From assembly GCA_035221665.1 (NCBI GenBank), contig JAVHYY010000050.1:1-64000 (forward strand): a stretch of DNA of 64,000 nucleotides, given 5' to 3'. The stretch is from Okamejei kenojei. Taxonomy: Eukaryota. This document shows, in pieces, positions 11,885 through 23,219 of the stretch. A program made the translations under genes and the position numbers. Below the pieces are notes generated by a model. The model saw nothing but the letters and a program-made list of their open reading frames with translations. It was not told where the DNA came from and did no database searches. Every line of letters begins with the position of its first letter. Position 1 is the stretch's first letter.

Positions 11885-11927
11885 GGCGTAAGCACAGTGA
11901 CAGTACAAAAAACAGGAGGATACCCAT
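11885..11927 (-). CDS. NAR-TCR V cassette 1, leader exon (MGILLFFVLSLCLR)
   Basis: ATG at 11927; 43-nt hydrophobic signal-peptide exon ending C|GTGAGT (phase 1 donor), in phase with the V exon acceptor at 11751. Confidence 0.9.
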
Positions 11928-12124
11928 CGCGCGTTCTCCGGGAAAATAATGGTTTACGTGACGAGATGTTGGAGCTCAGGTTTCCCGACAGATCCTGCCC
12001 CGGAAACTCGGCTGGCCTTTTCGTTTCGGTGCAGGCGGTGTTCTGCGAATTTCTGAAAATGAATGTGCGAGGTGAGGAAAGTTTGAGAAGAGGATCGTTA
12101 AATCTGCTGATTTGTTTGATGGCC

Positions 12125-12180
12125 TGGCATCTGATCTGAAGCATCTGATGTGGCTCTGACGTTTCTCTGACGTTCAGTAG
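12125..12180 (-). promoter_or_regulatory. Candidate NAR-TCR V1 promoter element (paired TGACG CRE half-sites plus CATCTG E-boxes)
   Basis: About 200-250 bp upstream of the leader ATG; TGACG at 12157 and 12168; block retained at 53535-53578 in cassette 2; no Ig octamer seen. Confidence 0.4.
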
Positions 12181-12379
12181 TCCATTTGAACCATTCAGGC
12201 AACTGAATATATGGGGGTAGTAGATAGCATGAAGGCACAGTCCTCTCTCCAATCGGTCATAAGATATAGAAGTGTGCAAACTCACACTTCCAAATTTTGG
12301 TACAGTTTATTACCTGCAGTTATCAGGCAAGTGAACCATCCTAACACAACTCTAGAGCAGTTCTGCAATACTATCTACC

Positions 12380-13310
12380 TCATGAGGAAAAAACCTCTTC
12401 AACCAGAGAGTTGTGAATCTGTGGAATTCTCTTCCACAGAAGACAATGAAGGAGAATTCGCTGGATGCTTCAAGAAATAATTAGATTTAGCGCTTGGGCT
12501 AAAGGAATCAAGGGAGAAGTAAACAGGAACGGGGTACTAATATTAGAGGATCAAGCATAATCATATGGATCTACATGATGAAAGGGATAGACAGAGTTGA
12601 CGTGGATAAGCTTTTCCCATTGAGGGTAGGGACGATTCAAACAAGAGGGCATGACATGAGAATTAAGGGACAGAAGTTTCGGGGTAACGTGAGGGGGAAC
12701 TTCTTTACTCAGAGGGTGGTGGCTGTGTGGATTAAGCTTCCAGCAGAAGTGGTGGAGGCAGGATCGATTTTAACATTTAAGAGTAAAGTGGATAGGTATA
12801 TGGACGTGAAGGGAATGGAGGGGTATGGTCTGAGTGCAGGTAGATGGGACTAGGGGAAAACAAATGGTCGGCACGGACTGGAAGGGCCGAGAGGGCCTGT
12901 TTCCGTGCTGTAATTGTTATATGGTTATATATTGAATGGTGGTGCTGGCTCGAAGGGCCGAATGGTCTACTCATGCATCGACTTTTCTGTTTCTTTGGAG
13001 ACCAAAACTGCACACAATGTTCCAGTTCTAGTTTCACCAGGGCCTTGTGCAACTGCAGTAGAACCTCTTTGCTCCTCAACTTAAATCTTCTCGCAATGAA
13101 GGACAACATGCCATTAGCTTTCTTCACTGACTTCTGAACCTGCATGCATACTTTCAGTGAGTGATGAGCAAGGCCACCCAGGTCTCGTTGCACCTCCCTA
13201 TTTTTCCGAATCTGACACCATTCAGATAATAATGCACCGTCTCATTCTTGCCACCAAAGTGGATAATGCACATGTATCTACATGATACAGCATCTGCCAC
13301 TCCTGTGGCC
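12380..13310. mobile_element. Cluster of CR1 3' fragments on both strands
   Basis: ORF 12575-12853 (TRGH...FFTQRVV) with (GGTTATAT) tail on +; ORF 12777-13193 (KKANGML...HCVQFWSP) on -. Confidence 0.75.
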
Positions 13311-14524
13311 GTCACTGAACTGCTGTCAAGAAGGTGTGCAGGTTAGGAATGTATTCCTTTGGAGCGCAGGAGGTTGATTAGGAATCGTGTCAGAGGATTC
13401 AGGTTTAAGGTGGGAGCAGTTCTTTCAGGAATGGCTGCTGGTCGCGATTGCAACACCCCAAAGATGCAGGAAAGGGAATGCCTCTTTTATTTATTTGATG
13501 AGGGTTAGTACCATCGATGTACGACAGCTTAATTATTTATTCTATGTAAGCACTTTGGTTTTAACGCGAGTTGATTTAAACGTGCTATATAAATAACATT
13601 TAATTGCTATGTGATAATGAGATATCCATGAAACAACAGTACGATATTACATTTGGGCCGAGAGCCGATTCTCCGCGAATAACGTAGCTCAGATCAAGGA
13701 GTCCATAAAGTGGAACAAAGGAGATTTCAATTTTAGGCAGCCGGTAGAGCCGGAGGGCGTTGTCACTGAGCTGCGTTTTTAACTCGTTCGGTGAAGGAAT
13801 GTTTTTTTCTGGAATAGGGTTCAGAAAAAGGAGCTGCGACAAGAAACAATGTGTGGTATTCGTCCCTGCCACTGTAAAACATTACCATAGGAGGAAGAAG
13901 TTTTTTTCCTGCCGATATGGGGTTTAAACTCATCGCAACCGCAACGTTCCAAACGATCGCGTTCCACAAAAACACACTTGCAAGATGATTTAAATGGCCA
14001 TTAATTTACGGGAATTAAACACTAAATTCCTTCCATTTGGCCTATAAATTCATGACAATTAGATTTAAAAATCATGTTATATTGTGAATTCTTGAGTGAT
14101 TGTTATTTGGACACTTTGGCAATTTAAAAATGTTAATCTTTTCTTAAGAAATGGATAGATGTTTAAGTCTAGTAATTGAATTTTGTAATTTCAGGTCATC
14201 CAAGTAAGATTGTTTCATATTTGTTTCAGAATGCTTCAATCTATAATAACTGAACATTTCTTTCAGTTCTCTTAATTTGTATGGAAGTTATGGGCTTTTG
14301 ACTGTTCTCGATCACAGCTTTTGTGTTAAGTCAATGGAAAAACAATAGGGAACAAGATGCAAATTTCCGAGAATGAAAATGGCCATAACTTTTTTAATAC
14401 TGAAGATATGAAAGTGAATTAGGTGTCAAATTAAACTTTGTTTTATGCTTTATCTGATGGGATGAATTGCAGACTTGAATGTTTACATCTCAACATTTTG
14501 GTAACATTGCTACATGTTAGTGAT

Positions 14525-15475
14525 TTGCTGCTGTACTCACTCTATACTCATGGCTGCGGAGCTGGTCATGGTGCGAACTCCGTCATCTCGTTCGCTGATG
14601 ACACCACTGTTGTGGGAAGTATCACTGATGGGGACGAGTCAGAGTATAGACGTGAGATCGACCGACTGACCAAATTGTGCCAGCACAATAACCTGGCCCT
14701 CAACACCAGCAAAACAAAGGAACTGATTGAGGACTTTGTAAGAGATATGATGGAGACGCCCAGTCCCGTTTATATAAACGGGTCTATGGTGGAAAGGGTC
14801 AAGAGCTTTAAGTTCCTGGGCGTGCACATTTCTGAAGATATCTCCTTATCCGAGATGCAAAATGAAAAAAACACATCAGCGACTCTACATCCTGAGATGA
14901 TTATGGAGAGTCGGAATGTCAAGGAGGACTCTCTGTAACTTGTACAGGTGCAGACTAGAGAGCATGCTGACCGATTGCATCGTGGGTTGGTTCGGCAACA
15001 TGAGCGCCCAGAGCGGAATTGACAACAACAAGCAGTAAACACTTCCCAGTCCATCATCGGCGCTGACCTCCCTACCATCGAGGGCGTCTATCGCAGTCGC
15101 TGCTTCAAAAAGGCTGGCAGCATCAGCAAGGACCCATACCATCCTGGCCACACACTCATCTCCCCACTACCTTCAGGTAGAAGGAACAGGAGCCTGAAGA
15201 CTGCAGCGTCCAGGCTCAGAAATAGCCGCTTCCCCACAGTCATCAGGCTATTAAACTCAACTGAAATAAATCTCTGAACACTAATAGACCATTATCTGTT
15301 TATTTGCACTTTATCTGCTTATTTATTGATGTGTGTATATATTTATATAATGGCATATGGACTCACTGATATGATATGTTCTGTATTCGTGCCTACTATA
15401 TTCCGTTGTGCTGATGCAAAGCAAGAATTTAATTGTCCTATCTGGCACATATTACAATAAATTCTCTTGACGTCC
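14525..15475 (+). mobile_element. 5'-truncated Rex1/Babar-type LINE
   Basis: LLYSLYTH...FADDTTVVG...LALNTSKTKELI; 3' ACAATAAA-CTCTTGA. Confidence 0.78.
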
Positions 15476-16096
15476 ATATTTGATAAATTCGACTGTTCTT
15501 CTCTCTTTTGTTCCTCTTTCCCCCAAAACGCCACTTTTCGGAGATATCCGACCCTGTGTGACCTGTGTGACCAGTGGATATGCTGAAATGCCTGTCATGC
15601 GTCGCGCTCTCTCCCTGTTATCGCTGTTTGGAAACGCGACTAGAAAAGGTACAGCACTCGCCGGCAATTTCACTGCGCGTGCGATAGTTTGAGATTTGCA
15701 AAATCCATGGCTTACTGTGTGCTGTTAGAAATGTCGCCACAATGATTGTGATTTTGAATAATACATGGAAAACAATAGATGTTTGTTAAAACATGTGTAA
15801 GTAATGTCCTCAGGGGTGTAACTCGTCGCCTGTTTTCTCTTTTATTTTCTTTATATAAATATGCCAGATATTAGTTGTTTCGCTGACAACGCTCAACGGC
15901 TCCCACCAGGCGTGATCTTAAAATGCACGGTATTCCGATGGAGGAAAAAATAGGACTTGTCTATTATCCGATTCTGGCAGCAATCGGTTTACCTGGTAGG
16001 TAATTGTCGGCACATCTCATGGAACCAACACAGACTGTTTGAAAAGCGCAGAGTATTAAAGGTTAAGAGAACATAACGAATAGTCCAGCAGGAGTT

Positions 16097-16290
16097 AGGG
16101 CGGCACGGTGGCGCAGCACTAGAGTAGTTATCTTACAGCGCTTGTCTGTACGGAGTGTGTGCGTTCTCCCCGTTACCTTCTGTTTTTTCCCAGATATCTT
16201 CGGTTTCCTCCACACTCCATAAAAGTAAAATACATTGTCCCTTGTGCGCGTCAGCTTGTGTTAGTGTGCGCGCTGTATCCCTAAACTAAA
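16097..16290 (+). mobile_element. Degenerate HE1-like SINE (paralog at 63312-63545)
   Basis: GGGCGGCACGGTGGCGCAG head; CTAAACTAAA tail. Confidence 0.65.
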
Positions 16291-19200
16291 ACGAACCAAG
16301 GAATATACATCTTTGGAGCGAAGAAGCGCGTTAGTATATCTGATGTATTCCGCTCAGCGAAGCTGGCAGAAATGTAGCCTTCACGGCGTTTTACTAAAAT
16401 CAATGCCCGTACATGCACTGTTGCGAAGTGAAGGGCAACCTGGTCCTCGCTGTGAGTGGCAGTTTCTGTTCCACTGTTCGTTCTCATTCGGCAGAACGAG
16501 AAATACACCCCGTCCAGTAATTTGGCACTGCATTTTGTGTATCGCTCTTAAATTCTCATAGCAATAATTTCGCTGGGACAGATTTGAAGGTCATACGAAC
16601 AACCTGCTCCAGTGAAAACAAAGAACTAGTTAACTCAGTCAGTCTTGCAGCATCCCTGGAGGACCGACGCAGTCGACGTATCGGTTTGGGATCATTCTTC
16701 CGATCGGATTCTGAAGAAGGGGCCCGAGATGATACATCGCCTATGTATGTCGTCCAGAGATATGGCTTGCGCCACTGAGATACTCCAGCACTTGGTCTTG
16801 TCAGGTACAGTACGGAAGTCCGCCCGCTGTTCGGCAGAAAATACCTGCCTAAATGTTGTTAGCCGTGTTTGTGAAGGGTGTTTGTAATTTTACTTCGGAG
16901 TCACGTGAGTGACTACGTGAAGACCCCGCCAGCACGCATGCGCGTATTATCGTCGAACGCATTGCGTAAGCGACAGTCGGGAGGAGCGCCGCTCCTCCAG
17001 CGCGAGTTTTGAAAAATTACGGAAGGTAAGTCTTACCTTTTCTGGTGAGCGTGGCGACTCGGTGTGTTTCTTTTTCAGAACGGAGGAAGCACCATGGAGT
17101 CGCGCAAGGGAGAGCAGCAGCTGATACCGCTGCTGTGGAAGCAGCCAGCAGCGTGCCGTCTCTCCAGAGCTGCAGGTGCTGCCAGCAGCTGCCGGCTTCT
17201 CGCCGCTACAGACCGCAGGTGCGCCGCGGTCGGCGGCAAAACCACCCGGAAGTCGGACAGGTCCGTTGGACTCTGCTGGCTCCGGACCTGAAGGCACCCC
17301 GTTCACGGATAGGGACGGCGGGCGTCTTTCCCGCGGGAGCGGATGGGGAGCAGTGCTCCAGCGTGACCTGCTTATGCAGGGGCAGAGTCACAGTGGGTCT
17401 CCTCGCAGACCCACGGCAGGATCCTTTCAAGGACTGCCAAATGTCTCACCCTCTTCGCAGGGGAGCATTAGGGGTCAGAGCTGGGCTGACCCTGAAGAAG
17501 GGCAATGGCTGAACAGTCAGCTGTGAGGGGTGCCAGAAGAGAGAGCAGCAGAAGATTTGTGGCATGCTGTATCAACTCAAGAAGGACTGCCTATACAAAG
17601 CTGCAAGCCAGTACAAAATACATGGCTACAAAACAGCTACAGGAGCAAGCCATTAACTTTATGGCTGGGAAGTACATTGCTCCAGAGAACTCCATTTCTC
17701 TTAAAGTACCAGCAGTCTATGACCCCATCTGGGGCAACAGGAGCCCATCTATAAGGAGCCAGGAGGGGAAGCTCCAGAGGAAACTGCTGGCTGCTAAAAT
17801 CACAGCAGTACCAGAACAACTGATGGGGTTGATTTGCCTGAAGAGTTACTAGATGCTCTAGCAGACTGTGTAATACTCAGTGGAGATTAACAGTTACAGG
17901 AAGAGCATCATCAAGAAGTGCGGAATTATGCAAGACAAGTAGCACACAGGCGCCAAAATTGCTGTTGGGGGACCTCCCGAAGCAGGTGAAAGACCTGCAT
18001 GAGGAAGCCAAGGCTATAGGCCTGATCAAGGTGCCAAGCACCTCTAAAACCCACTATCAACAGCGGCAGCACCCTGCACACCCACCAGACATCGGTGCTA
18101 TGGAAGACCATCTGGTGGTGAAAGCTCGAAGGCCGGCCCACTGCACAGCGGTCTTTCAGACCATGGCCCAGCCCGGCCTTCATGGAAAATGCGCCAACCC
18201 CACAACGCAGCAACACAATACCAGAAGAAACAAGTGCGGAGACAACCCACACAACACCGGTAACCATGGAGGTAGGTGGGTCTGGTTGTCTTAAAAAACA
18301 TTGCATGTCCGATTCATCAAAAGTTGGGGGACGGTTGCACTTGTTTCATCATGTGTGCTGCACTTTTACCTCTGAACTTTTACATACTCGGAAGTATTCA
18401 GAATTACAAAATTGAATTTGTATACGAACTACCGTCCCAGTTCAGCATACGCCTAGCAGGAAGTTCATACTTCACAAAAAGAGAGAACAGCAGGCCATGC
18501 TGAACTGTTCAGACTAAACACAAAAGGGATTGAGAAAACAATCAGAGAATTTCAAGAGTTCGTATCAAATATATTTATAAAAAACTAAAAAGATGGTGGT
18601 TGCCATATCATTACAGATTTGACCGAACTAAATACTCCCGTTCAGTATGCCCATTTCAAAATAGACACGTATGTCACACACAGGGTCATCGTAAATACCT
18701 GAAATTTATCTGGATGGGACAGCTATGGCAGTATAAGGCCTTACCCAATGGGTTATCATCAGCACCCAGGCTATTACAAATTTATTAAAACCAGCTTTAG
18801 CATACTTAAAGAAACATAACCATATCGTCATGGCTTACCTTGATGATATTCTCATTGTAGGTGAAAATTGGAGCTGGCTACATTGGTGGTATCAGGCACA
18901 ACACAGAGATTTAAACGTACATCCAGATAAATCAAAATTGGAACCCTCCATTACCATGGATTATTTGGGGTTCACTATTGACTCTGTTCATATGTCTATC
19001 ACCTTGCCACCAAACAAAGTGACAGACTTGATGGGAGTATGCAAAAGCCTCACTGGCATCAGGGAACCATCCATTCGGCAAGGAGCAAGAGTGATTGGGA
19101 AATTGGTGGCTGCATTCCCAGCAGCACAATTGGACCACTCCATTATTAAAACCTGGAAGAGGGAAATTTTAGCTCTCAAAAATCATGCAGGCCATTTCAA

Positions 19201-20100
19201 TAGGCCTATGCAACTACCAGGGAAAGTAAATCAGAATTAAACTGGTGGATAGAAATGTTCAACATTATCCTAACCCCATCACCCCATTCTATATCCCTAG
19301 GGTACATTACAGACTGGTGCCAGTGCTAAAGGTTGGGGAGCAAATAATACCACCGCATGTTGTGGTGGCAGATGAGTGCACAAAAATTATTCTGTTTAAA
19401 GCACTAGGAATTAATTATCTAGAAATGCTGGGAGCGTTTCATGGACTCAGGGCCTACTGCTCAGATGAGCACCAGTTGCATGTACGGTACAAATTGATAC
19501 CACAGTGGGGGCCTATATATAATCATATGGGTGAAATAAAGTCGATATCATGTGATGAATTGGCTAATAATATCTGGCACTGGTGTCTGGGAGAGAGATT
19601 TGGATCTCAACCACATACCTTCCAGATTTGGATTTCAGCCACTTACCTCCCAGGTAAGCTAAATACCTTGGCAGACACCTGATCACGTAAATTCAATGAC
19701 AACATTGAATGGATGTTGGATCGGAAAGTGTTTACAGATCTTATAGAACGGTATGGGACACCAGATATCGACCTTTTTGCATCCAGACTTAATCGCCAAC
19801 TTCCAACATATGTTGCTTGGGAACCAGGGGCAGCAGCGATGGACGCTTTCTCGCTGTATTGGGGGGATTTGTTTTGCTATGTATTTCCCCCCTTCTGCCT
19901 CATCAGTCGGGTCTTACAAAAAATTAAACAAGACTCCGCAACGGGTATTTTGGTTGTACCCGACTGGCCTACCCAACCATGGTTCCCAGCAGTACAAAAG
20001 ATGGCCTCAGAACCCTGCATCCGGATCAACAAACGGATTTGTTGGTACACCCCGTGACAGGGGAAAGTCATCCGTGCCATGACCGCATGAACATATTGAT

Positions 20101-21084
20101 TTGCAGATTCTGAACAGGCCATTCCTGGGATACGGACTCTCCGATAGGACGATCAATGCCATCTCAGCATCGTGCAGGGAGTCCACGAGGAAACAGTACC
20201 TGACATATGTTAGAAAATGGGAAGTGCTCTGCACCAGGACGAACACTACATATGACTCAGCCACCATCACTGAAGTACTGGAGTTTCTGGCCACCCTTCA
20301 TTTCGATGAAGGATTGCGTTACAGTGCCATTAATTGTGCAAGAAGTGCCCTTTCTAATTATCTGGGCAGAGGGAGTGATCACTTGGCTATAGGATCACAC
20401 CCACTAGTATCTAAACTTATGAGGGGTATATTTAATTCTAATCCCCCCAGGCCCAGATACACCCATACATGGAATATAGGCATCGTATTAACTATGTTAC
20501 GAGGATGGACACCCATATCGGGGCTCAAGCTGGACAAACTAACATACAAAATGGTAATGATAATGGCACTTGTAACAGCACAACGGGTCCAGTCCTTACA
20601 CAAGCTAAATATGGACGGCATGTATATCACTAGTGGCAAGATAACTTTTCTAATACAGGGGTTACTCAAACAAGACCGACCTGGTTCCGCTGGCCAAATA
20701 TTAGAGTTTCTGGCCTATCCTGCAGATAGTCGGCTCTGCATTGTGACACATATTTTACAATACATAGAAGTTACCAAGACTCTAAGGGGCACGGAGAGAG
20801 CTTTACTCATAAGCCATAAACGCCCTCACCATAAGGTCACGGCGCAACCCATATCCAGATGGTTAATGGTGGTATTAGATGCAGCGGGGGTGGGTACTAA
20901 TGTTTTCAAATCTCACTCCACCAGGGCGGCATCTACATCGGCGGCTAGGATGATGGAAGTTCCTTTGAACCACATCCTTGCCACAGCGGGTTGGAGCAAT
21001 GAACAAACTTTTCAACACTTTTATAATAAACCCGTAGCCGTTCGTGACACGTTTGCAGGGAAGAAAATGAGTTCTGTAAAATAA
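20101..21084 (+). CDS. DIRS1 tyrosine recombinase ORF (open, 327 aa)
   Basis: TAQRVQSL...KQDRPG...HSTRAASTS...AGWS...TFQHFY catalytic R-K-HxxR-W-Y pattern. Confidence 0.88.
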   Translation: MQILNRPFLGYGLSDRTINAISASCRESTRKQYLTYVRKWEVLCTRTNTTYDSATITEVLEFLATLHFDEGLRYSAINCARSALSNYLGRGSDHLAIGSHPLVSKLMRGIFNSNPPRPRYTHTWNIGIVLTMLRGWTPISGLKLDKLTYKMVMIMALVTAQRVQSLHKLNMDGMYITSGKITFLIQGLLKQDRPGSAGQILEFLAYPADSRLCIVTHILQYIEVTKTLRGTERALLISHKRPHHKVTAQPISRWLMVVLDAAGVGTNVFKSHSTRAASTSAARMMEVPLNHILATAGWSNEQTFQHFYNKPVAVRDTFAGKKMSSVK

Positions 21085-21388
21085 ATTACCCAATGTGGGG
21101 CATACTGTTTAGGTATGAATAATTACCTTTTCTTTGTTTTTCAGTACGGTGCCATGACTGAATTACGTTCATCCTCTTTTCTCCTAGCATGGCAGGGTGT
21201 AAGCATGGACTCGTTCCAGGGCATGAAATCACAGAGCTTTGAAATCTTCACGCAGTCACTCACGTGACTCCGAAGTAAAATAGTAAGATTAAATGAGAAC
21301 CTACCAGTTTGAAGTTTGATCTTTATTTCATGAAGAGTTACGATGAGGGATTACGTGCCCTCCGCTCCCAAAACCCTCTATTATAAAG

Positions 21389-21706
21389 GGTACACAAAAA
21401 GCTGGAGAAACTCAGCGGGTGCAGCAGCATCTAAGGAGCGAAGGAGATAGGCGACGTTTCGGGTCGAGACCTTTCTTTAGACCCCCCGAGCCTCCGACCT
21501 CATCGTTTCCCAGCCCCGCACGGCCCGATTTTACCTTCTCCCCAAAATCCACAAACCCGACTGCCCTGGCAGACCCATTGTCTCTGCCTGTTCGTGCCCC
21601 ACCGAACACCTTTCCACATACCTTGACGCCATCCTATCCTCCTTTGTTAAATCCCTCCTCACCTATGTTCAAGACACCTCAGACACTCTCCGTCGGCAAA
21701 TCTCAT
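21389..21706. mobile_element. Penelope-like fragment (inverted pLTR head plus RT piece) inserted in DIRS1
   Basis: ARFYLLPKIHKPDCPGRPIVS RT motif; 16-bp TSD ACCCTCTATTATAAAG (21373-21388 / 21707-21722). Confidence 0.85.
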
Positions 21707-22069
21707 ACCCTCTATTATAAAGATCAACTGGTATGGAGGTTCTCTCTTATCTTACTATATTAGTCACTCTGGTATCTGTGATTTCACACCACTGCTTTGA
21801 AGAATGTCGCGCATGCGTGCAGGCGGGGTCTTCACGTAATCCCTCATCGTAACTCCTCATAAAATAAAGATCAAACTTCAAACTGGTAAGTTCTCATTTA
21901 ATCTTACTATTTCCTTTCATCATTGAAAAGACGTATCATTGCACATTAACGAGGTTTTCGGTTTAAAGCGAATCTGCTGTTTTAGCAGCGGGTGATCTAG
22001 ATTATGTAAAGTTCCATACAGATACCGTGCTTAACATACCTTCACTATGGGGAAAACTTATGTCGATAT

Positions 22070-23045
22070 TAGTGATCTGGAGGAGGGAATTGAATGCAAC
22101 ATCTCCAAGTTTGCGGATGCCACGAAGCTGGGAGGCAGTGTTAGATGTGAGGAGGATGCTAGGAGGCTGCATGGTGACTTGGATAGGTTGGGTGAGTGGG
22201 CAAATGCAAGGCAGATGCAGTACAATGTGGATAAATGAGAGGTTATTAGGGTTGGTGGCAAAACAGGAGGGTAGACTATTATCTGAATGATGGCCGATTA
22301 GGAAAAGGGGAGATGCAACGAGACCTGGGTGTCATGGTACACCAGTCATTGAAAGTAACCATGCAGGTGCAGCAGGATGTGAATAAAGCGAATGGTATGT
22401 TGGCATTCATAGCAAAAGCTTTTGAGTACAAAAGCAGCGAGGTTCTACTACAGTTGTACATGGTCTTGGTGAGGCCACACATGGAGTTTGCGTACAGTTT
22501 TGGTCTCTTATTCTGAGGAAAGTCATTCTTGCCATAGAGGGAGTACAGAGAAGGTTCCCCAGACTGATTCCTGGGATGGCAGGACTTCCATATGAAGAAA
22601 GACTGGATAGACTCGGATTGTACTAGCTGGAATTTAGAAGATTGAGGCGGGATCTTACAGAGACTTACACAATTCTTAACCGTATGGACAGGCTAGATGC
22701 AGGAAGATTGTTCCCGATGTTGGGGAACTCCAGAACAAGGGGTCACAGTTTAAGGATAAGGGGGAAGTCTTTTAGGGCCGAGATAAGAAAATAATTGTTC
22801 ACACAGAGCGTGGTGAATTTGTGGAACTCTCTGCCACAGAAGGTAGTTGAGGCCAGTTCATTGGCTATATTTAAGAGGCAGTTAGATGCGGTCCTTGTGG
22901 CTAAAGGGATCAGGGGGTATGGAGAGAAGGCAGGTACAGGATACTGAGTTGGATGATCAGCCATGAACATATTGAATTGCGGTGCAGCCTCGAAGGGCTG
23001 AATAGCCTGCTCCTGCACCTATTTTCTATGATTCTATAATTCTAT
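22070..23045 (+). mobile_element. CR1 3' portion
   Basis: ISKFADATKLGG...KANGMLAFI; tail TTTCTATGATTCTAT. Confidence 0.85.
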
Positions 23046-23219
23046 GAAAGTAAAGCTATAGGTGAGGTGTGCCAGAAATAGAAAAATCACGAGAGGAATA
23101 GATCGGGTAGATGCACAGAGTATTTTGTCCATCGAATCGACTACCAGAGGACATCGGTTTCAGGAGAAGGGAAACATGTTCAATAGCAATCCGTGGGGAA
23201 ACATTTTCACACAAAGGGT

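Larger units (their letters stand above)
16888..21912 (+). mobile_element. DIRS1-type tyrosine-recombinase retrotransposon with complete terminal structure and decayed ORFs
   Basis: RT motifs (LPNGLSSAPR, AYLDD), RNase H (INYLEM), methyltransferase-like domain (DLFASRLN...FPPF) and YR; inverted termini 16915-16944 / 21808-21837; ICR 21245-21357; T-rich ends. Confidence 0.93.

Noticed and set aside
11893-11899. CACAGTG within leader exon 1
   Set aside because: Not conserved in cassette 2 (CAGAGTG) and no properly spaced nonamer
13600-14520. AT-rich stretch that may be a non-autonomous DNA transposon
   Set aside because: No TIRs, TSD or coding motifs could be established by eye
19713-20057. 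Stand-alone DNA adenine methyltransferase or phage-integrase system
   Set aside because: The methyltransferase-like domain and YR are normal parts of DIRS1 retrotransposons, not a prokaryotic island
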